A stretch of DNA of 64,000 nt. It comes from the human T2T-CHM13v2.0 reference genome, Homo sapiens. The stretch lies in the NCBI RefSeq assembly GCF_009914755.1, contig NC_060926.1; one strand, given 5' to 3'. Shown one piece after another: positions 57,407 through 64,000 of the stretch. How positions within the stretch are numbered: the stretch's first letter is position 1; every line of letters starts with the position of its first letter. The notes under the pieces were generated by a model. It did not search any database. It worked only from the letters and a program-made list of their open reading frames with translations, and had not been told where the DNA came from. The position numbers and the translations under genes were made by a program.

Positions 57407-58909
57407 ATAAATGAGGAAAGAGGCCTATATGAAGTGAACGTGAGGGTCAAATAAAATTATATAGGCCAATCACCTTGGAAAATATTAAGGTGTTAAAGTA
57501 AGGCATTTTTATTCCATTTTTTTCTTTAGCGTGTGATAAACCTAAGACTATTTCCATCCTCCTATCTTCCACGCCACCTTTCTGCCCTCATTCATAAATC
57601 TTCTTTCTATCTCATGCAGGAAGCCTGCACAGACCAGGTGGGTTGGGAGAAAATTCTCACCTCCCTCACATATTTATGCCTAGCAACTGTCTTTCCCATA
57701 TGTCCAATTATGTCTACATGATAAGAAAAGTAAAAATTATGTGAAAAAAAGCCCCAAAACCTTAATTAACTCTAAAGGATGAATGTTGATTTTTTTTCCT
57801 TTGTGTATATATGTCGGTGCAAGTGTGCTGTACACGAGGTTGCAACATGGGGTTGGGTTAGTATTGAGCTTGATGACCTTAAAGACTCCATTCACTCTGT
57901 GATCTTTGTTCTTTTAGGATTATGTAGGTTGCAGGCTTAGACACAAGATAGGCTTAAACGTTCAATAACGGAAGCCTTTTCTTCCTTGTTTCATAGGTTA
58001 ACTTAAACCAGCATATCCTGCTTGTGGCATCCTTCAGTTTACGTATTGGTTAAAATAATTTCATCATTTTCCCCTTTCATGTGGGATACATTTTTTTACC
58101 ATTAGCATATCACTCACAAGGTACCCTGTAAAACAGATCTTAACTATTCAGCTTTTCATTTTTTTTTAAACCTCTGTCCCATCTTTTCCAAACTACTCTG
58201 GAGACTTTGCAAAATTTATGGTTTACTGACTATGAACCTCATGTTCTCTCATTTCTGTACCACTTTGTTCATTTCATGGCTTTTTTCTGAAAGCTGTTAA
58301 CCCTTTTGTCTTTTTACTCTAGAAAACATCCATTCATTTTTCAAAAATCAGCACAAATTCGACATCCTCTATGAAGATTTATTTAACCTCTCTAGAAAGA
58401 GTTAGGCACCACTCTCTTGAGGTGTCATGTCTTCAGGATATTCTTTAGAAATATCCACACCAATACTCATTTATGTTTGTCACCCACATCCTATTCTATG
58501 TGAATTATACTCTCTGAAGTACAGAGTGCACAGTCTTGTTGGCAAAATATGGTGACTATATTAATTTTTATGTTTCTAAACATATTACATTTCTAACCTT
58601 ACATCACAGCCTTTAATCTTAAATACAATTTTGAACTTTTCAGTACATACTTGATTGCATTTTGGTTTGATTACACCCTCCCTCTGTACACACTATTTTC
58701 CTTATCATTGTAAGGAGCTCTACCATTTCCCTTGCCGCCATTTAAGTGCGGTGGAATTTTTAAAGCAATATACCTGTTATTTACTGATTTCCGTTTCTAT
58801 CTCCCAGTTGGTTATAAATTTGGGAGTAGAAGACAACTACTACATATACGTCCTTTCAAATCTCAGCACTAATCTATAAAGCTCAGTTTTTCTTTGAGAC
58901 ACAGAAATT

Positions 58910-60262
58910 ATTGTATTTTATTTCTTATAATTTCAACTTTATTTTAGATTTAGTCAGAATAGTAGCCATTCTGACTGTTATGAGATAATATCTCATTGTG
59001 GTTTTGATTTGCATTTTTCTGATGATTAGTGATGATGACCTTTCTTCATGTTTGTTTTTCATGCTTGTTTCTCATGTTTGTTGGCTGTTTGTATGTCTTC
59101 TTTTGAGATGTATCTGTTCATGTCTTTAATTCCTTTTTTAAGGGGGTTATTTGATTTTTGCTTGTTAGTTTGGGTTCTTCATAGATCTTGGATATTAGTC
59201 TATTGTCAGATGCATAGGTTATGAATATTTTCTCTTATTCTGTAGGTTGTCTGTTGATAGTTTCTTTTGCTGTGCAGAAGCTGTTTCACTTAATTAGGTC
59301 TCACTTGTTAATTTTTGTTTTTGTTGCAATTGCTTTTGAGGACTTAGTCATAAATTCTTTTCCAAGGCCAATGTCCAGAATGGTGTTTCCTAGGTTTTCT
59401 TCTAGGATTCTTAAAGTTTGAGTTCTTACATTTAAATCTTTAATCCATCTTGAATTAATTTTTGTATATGGTGAAAGGTAGGAGTCCACTTTCATATTTC
59501 TGCATATGGCTAGCCAGCTATCCCAGCACCATGTATTGAATAGGAAGTCTTTTCCCCATTGCTTATTTTTGTTGACTTTGTCAAAGATCAGATGGTTGTA
59601 GAAGTGCAGTTTATTTCCGGGTTCTCTAACCTGTTCCCTTCATCTGTGTATCTGTTGTTGTATCAGTACCATGCTGTTTTCGTTACTGTAGCTTTATGCT
59701 ATAGTTTTAAGTGGGTAATGTATGCCTCTGGCTTTGTTCTTTTTTGCTTAGGATGGCTTTGGCAATTTGGGCTCATTTTTGGTTCCATAAGAATTTTAGA
59801 ATAGTTTTTTCTAATTCTGTGAACAATGATGCTGGTAGTTTGATAGGAATAGTGTTGAATCTGTAGATGACTTTTGGCAGTATGGCCATTTTAATAATAT
59901 TGATTCTTCCAATCCATGAGCATGGAATATTTCTCCATTTGTTTATGTCATCTATGATTTTTTTCAGTGTTGTTTTGTAGTTCTCCTTGTAGAGGCCTTT
60001 TAACTCCTTGGTTAGATATATTCCAAGGTGGTATTATTATTATTATTATTATTATTATTACTGGTGTGGCTACTGTAAATGAGATTACATTCTTGATTTG
60101 GCCTTCAGCTTGAATGTTATTGGTGTATAGAAATGCTACTGAGTTTTCTACATTGATTTTGTATCCTGAAACTTTACTGAAATCATTTGTCACTTCCAGG
60201 AGCCTTTGAAGGAGTCTTTAGGATTTTCTTTGTATAGAATCACATCATCAGTGAAGAGAGAT
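58910..60262 (-). mobile_element. 5'-truncated L1PA15-16/L1PB element missing most of its 3'UTR
   Basis: 3' terminus TTTCAACTTTATTTTAGATT is joined to ORF2 AATAGTAGCCATTCTGACTG. ORFs [17 protein letters not shown] and [11 protein letters not shown]. (TAT)~10 at 60032-60060. Confidence 0.88.
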
Positions 60263-60709
60263 TGACAAGCATTGCTTTAATGGTCAAAGGCTCATGAATA
60301 AAATTCAGGGCAGGCAGAGTTAAAATGTGGCAATTTTGCTAATAAAAATGTCTCTTTTTTGCCCGTTATAAAGTCTCAAATCATTTTAGTTCAGGTTAGT
60401 CTGCAGTGGCCCAGTTCTGTTGCTTTTTCTCAGTGAAATGTCATCTATAATTTAAAGTAATAAGCAAAGAATTAAAATAGAGTAAAGTACGTCTAGATCT
60501 TGTGATCAAGATTTGAGGAACATTTGTAGTTTATTAAAAATTATGTCACTTCTATTTAAAAGCAACAGGGTCCCTCTATAAATTCAGAAATTAATACTTT
60601 CTTGTTTTTGCTTATTTGAAAACCCTATTTAATGATAATTGCTCTTCCGTTGGTTTTGGTTATTTAAAAGCTAAAAAGGACAAATACTTCCCTTAAGAAA
60701 TTTGTCTGC

Positions 60710-60930
60710 ATTTAGCACTGTTGGTTGGCTAGAGGGTAATGTTCATGAAGCCAAAATCACAGGTTTGATGCAAATATCCACCAGAACCTTTGCTCTGGTA
60801 TATGGCCTCAATTACACTTTTAACCCCAGAAAGTTGTCTTATGATTATGGACCAGTTACCTCAATAAACCCTTAGATGGGATCAGAATATATGGATGAAA
60901 GATCTACTGCCACTAACATAAAAACAACTT
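60710..60930 (+). mobile_element. MamSINE1-like tRNA-derived SINE
   Basis: tRNA-like head (TTGGCTAGAGGGTAATGTTCATGAAGCCAAAATCACAGGTTTGAT), then CTTTGCTCTGGTATATGGCCTCA..TAACCCCAG and GCCACT..AAAAACAAC as in recalled MamSINE1. Confidence 0.6.
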
Positions 60931-60989
60931 ATGGTTTACTTTATTTATCAAAAAATTAGGTGAACTTCACCAATCTCATAGCATTAAGT

Positions 60990-61299
60990 ATAATTTTTAT
61001 GATGTTGACAGTGCTCTAATTTATATTTCTTCTCTTGACTCCAATTTCAACTCATATAACTGTTTTTATCTTCATTGGATATCTCTTTAGTGTTTCATAT
61101 TTATAATGACCAACAAACAAAACAAATGAAGCTATCAAATTAAAAATAAAAAACCCTCCTGCTTTCACTTCCTACCCAACTTGTTTTTTCCTCAAGGCTT
61201 CTCCATTTTGGTGAAGGACACTAGCATCTACCCAGTTGTTCAAGCTCTAAACCTAGGAGTCGTTTTCAGTTTCTCTCTACTCTCCTCCTTCAATCTATC
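60990..61299 (+). mobile_element. L2 fragment
   Basis: CATCTACCCAGTTGTTCAAGCTCTAAACCTAGGAGTC. Confidence 0.72.
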
Positions 61300-61651
61300 T
61301 GATATGCTTTAGTTCTGTGTCACACCCAAACTCATCTCGAATTGCCACGTATAAAGGGAGGGACCTGGTGGGAGGTGACTGGATCATGGGAGTGTATTTC
61401 CCTTTTGCTGTTCTCATGATAGTGAGTGAGTTCTCACGAGATCTGGTTGTTTGATAAATGTCTGGTGCTTCCCCCTCTCTCCTGCCACCATGTAAGACAC
61501 GTCTTGCTTCTCCTTTGTCTTCCACCATGATTGCAAGTTTTCTGAGGCATCCCTAGCCATGTGGAACTGTGAGTCAGTTAAACACCTTTTGCTTATAAAT
61601 TACCCAGCCTCAGGTAGTATCTTTATAATAGTGTGAAAACAGACTAATACA
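61300..61651 (+). mobile_element. THE1D 5' LTR
   Basis: TGATATG...GGGAGGGACCTGGTGGGAGGTGA...GGAACTGTGAGTCA...GACTAATACA. Confidence 0.9.
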
Positions 61652-61705
61652 GAGAATTGGTACTGGGATAGTGTGGGGAACTGCTATAAAAGATACCTAA
61701 AAATA

Positions 61706-62492
<787 letters not shown>

Positions 62493-63834
62493 TTATTGAA
62501 AATTGGAGCAATGGTGACTCTTGCTATGCTTTAGCAAAGAAACTGGCAGCATTTTGCCCCTGCAGTAGAAACCTGTGGAACATTGAACTCGAGAGAGATA
62601 ATTTAGGGTATCTGGCAGAAGAAATTTGTAAGCAGCAAAACATTCAAGAGATGACCTGGCTTTTCCTGAAAGTGTCCAGTTATATGCATTCACAAAGACA
62701 TGGTTTGAAATCGGAATTTATGTATACATGAGAAGCAGAGCATAAAGGTTTGGAAAATTTGCAGCCTGACCATGTAGTAATACAGAAAAACCTATTTTCT
62801 GGGGAGGAATTCAAGCCGGCTGCAGAAATTTGCCTAAGAGATGCTGAATGTTAATAGCCAAGATAATGGGGAAAATGTCTCCAGGGCATGTCATGTCAGA
62901 GACCTTCATGGCAGCCCCTCCCATCACAGGCCTGGAGGCTTAAAAGAGAAAAATGGTTTTGGGGGTAAGGTCCTGGGCTCTGCTGCTCTGTGCAGCCTCA
63001 GGAGTTGATGCCCTGTGTTCCAGCTGCTCTAGCTCCAGCTGTAGCTAAAAGGGGCCAACTTGAAGCTTGGGCCATTGTTTCAGAGTGTGCAAGTCTCAAG
63101 CTTTGGCAGCTTCCACATGGTGTTGGGCCTGCAGGTGTGCAGAAGGCAAGAATTGAGGTTTGGGAACCACTGCCTAGATTTCAGAGGATGTATAGAAATG
63201 CCTGGATGTCCAGGCATAAGTCTGCTGCAGGGGCAGAGCCCTCATGGAGAACCTCTGTTAGGGCAATGTGGAAGGGAAATGTTAGGTTGGAGCCCCCACA
63301 CAGAGTCCGCACTTGGGCACTGCCTAATGGAGCTGTGTGAAGAGGACCACCATGCTTCAGACCTCGGATCCACTGACAGCTTGCACTGTGTGCCCGGAAA
63401 GGCTGCAGGCACTCAATGCCAGCCCATGAAAGCAGCTGTGGGGCTGTACCCTGCAGAACCACAGGGGTGGAGCTCCCCAAGGCCTTGGGAGCCCACCTCT
63501 TCCATTAGCATGGCCTGGATGTGAGACATGGAATCAAAGAAGATATTGGAGCTTTAAGATTTAATGAATGACTGGCTGGGTTTCAGATATTCATGGGGTC
63601 TGTGGCCCCTTTGTTTTGGTCAATTTCTCCCATTTGTAACAGGAACTTTTTACACAATGCCTGTGCCCCCATTGTATCTTGGAAGTAACTAACTTGTTTT
63701 TTATTTTACATGCTTATAGGCTGAAGGGACTGTTGTCTGCTGCTCATATCCCTCTGCAAAGAGGCATAGCCATAAAGTCTTTTCTCCACCATTCAAAACT
63801 GACAGATACACATAATCTTCAAATAACTAAGAAA

Positions 63835-63895
63835 GTTTTTTTATTTCCATAGGTTTTTGGGAAACAGGCAGTATTTGGTTACACGAGTAAGTTCT
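63835..63895 (-). mobile_element. L1PB 3' terminus
   Basis: TTTTATTTCCATAGGTTTTTGGGAAACAGG..GTATTTGGTTACA. Confidence 0.8.

Positions 63896-64000
<105 letters not shown>

Noticed and set aside
60710-60790. Functional tRNA gene
   Set aside because: The boxes and stems are too decayed; better explained as a SINE head.

Overview
Human non-coding genomic DNA, AT-rich and mostly interspersed repeats. The species call rests on near-consensus AluYa5 and AluYg6-type copies, which are essentially human-specific. I found no credible protein-coding gene, tRNA/rRNA gene or CRISPR array. The supplied ORFs are decayed L1 ORF2/ORF1, MaLR-internal or Alu frames, or chance frames. Content: a HERV-W LTR17 at the left edge, many L1 fragments including a full-length TSD-flanked L1MA (30272-38914), MaLR/ERVL LTRs (MLT1, MLT2, THE1D with internal sequence), DNA transposon fossils (Tigger3b, Tigger2a, MER5B, MER81), L2/MIR, a probable MamSINE1 and 11 Alus. 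I did not find a new biological system I can defend. Best leads: (1) four very young Alu insertions (3 Ya5, 1 Yg6-like) within about 40 kb; (2) a repeat-poor island at about 41.2-43.3 kb with candidate + strand exons, a recursive-splice-like AG|GTAAG motif and a forkhead motif cluster; (3) several templated or fold-back repair scars. Subfamily names come from recalled consensus sequences, not from a RepeatMasker run. Boundaries of old elements are approximate.
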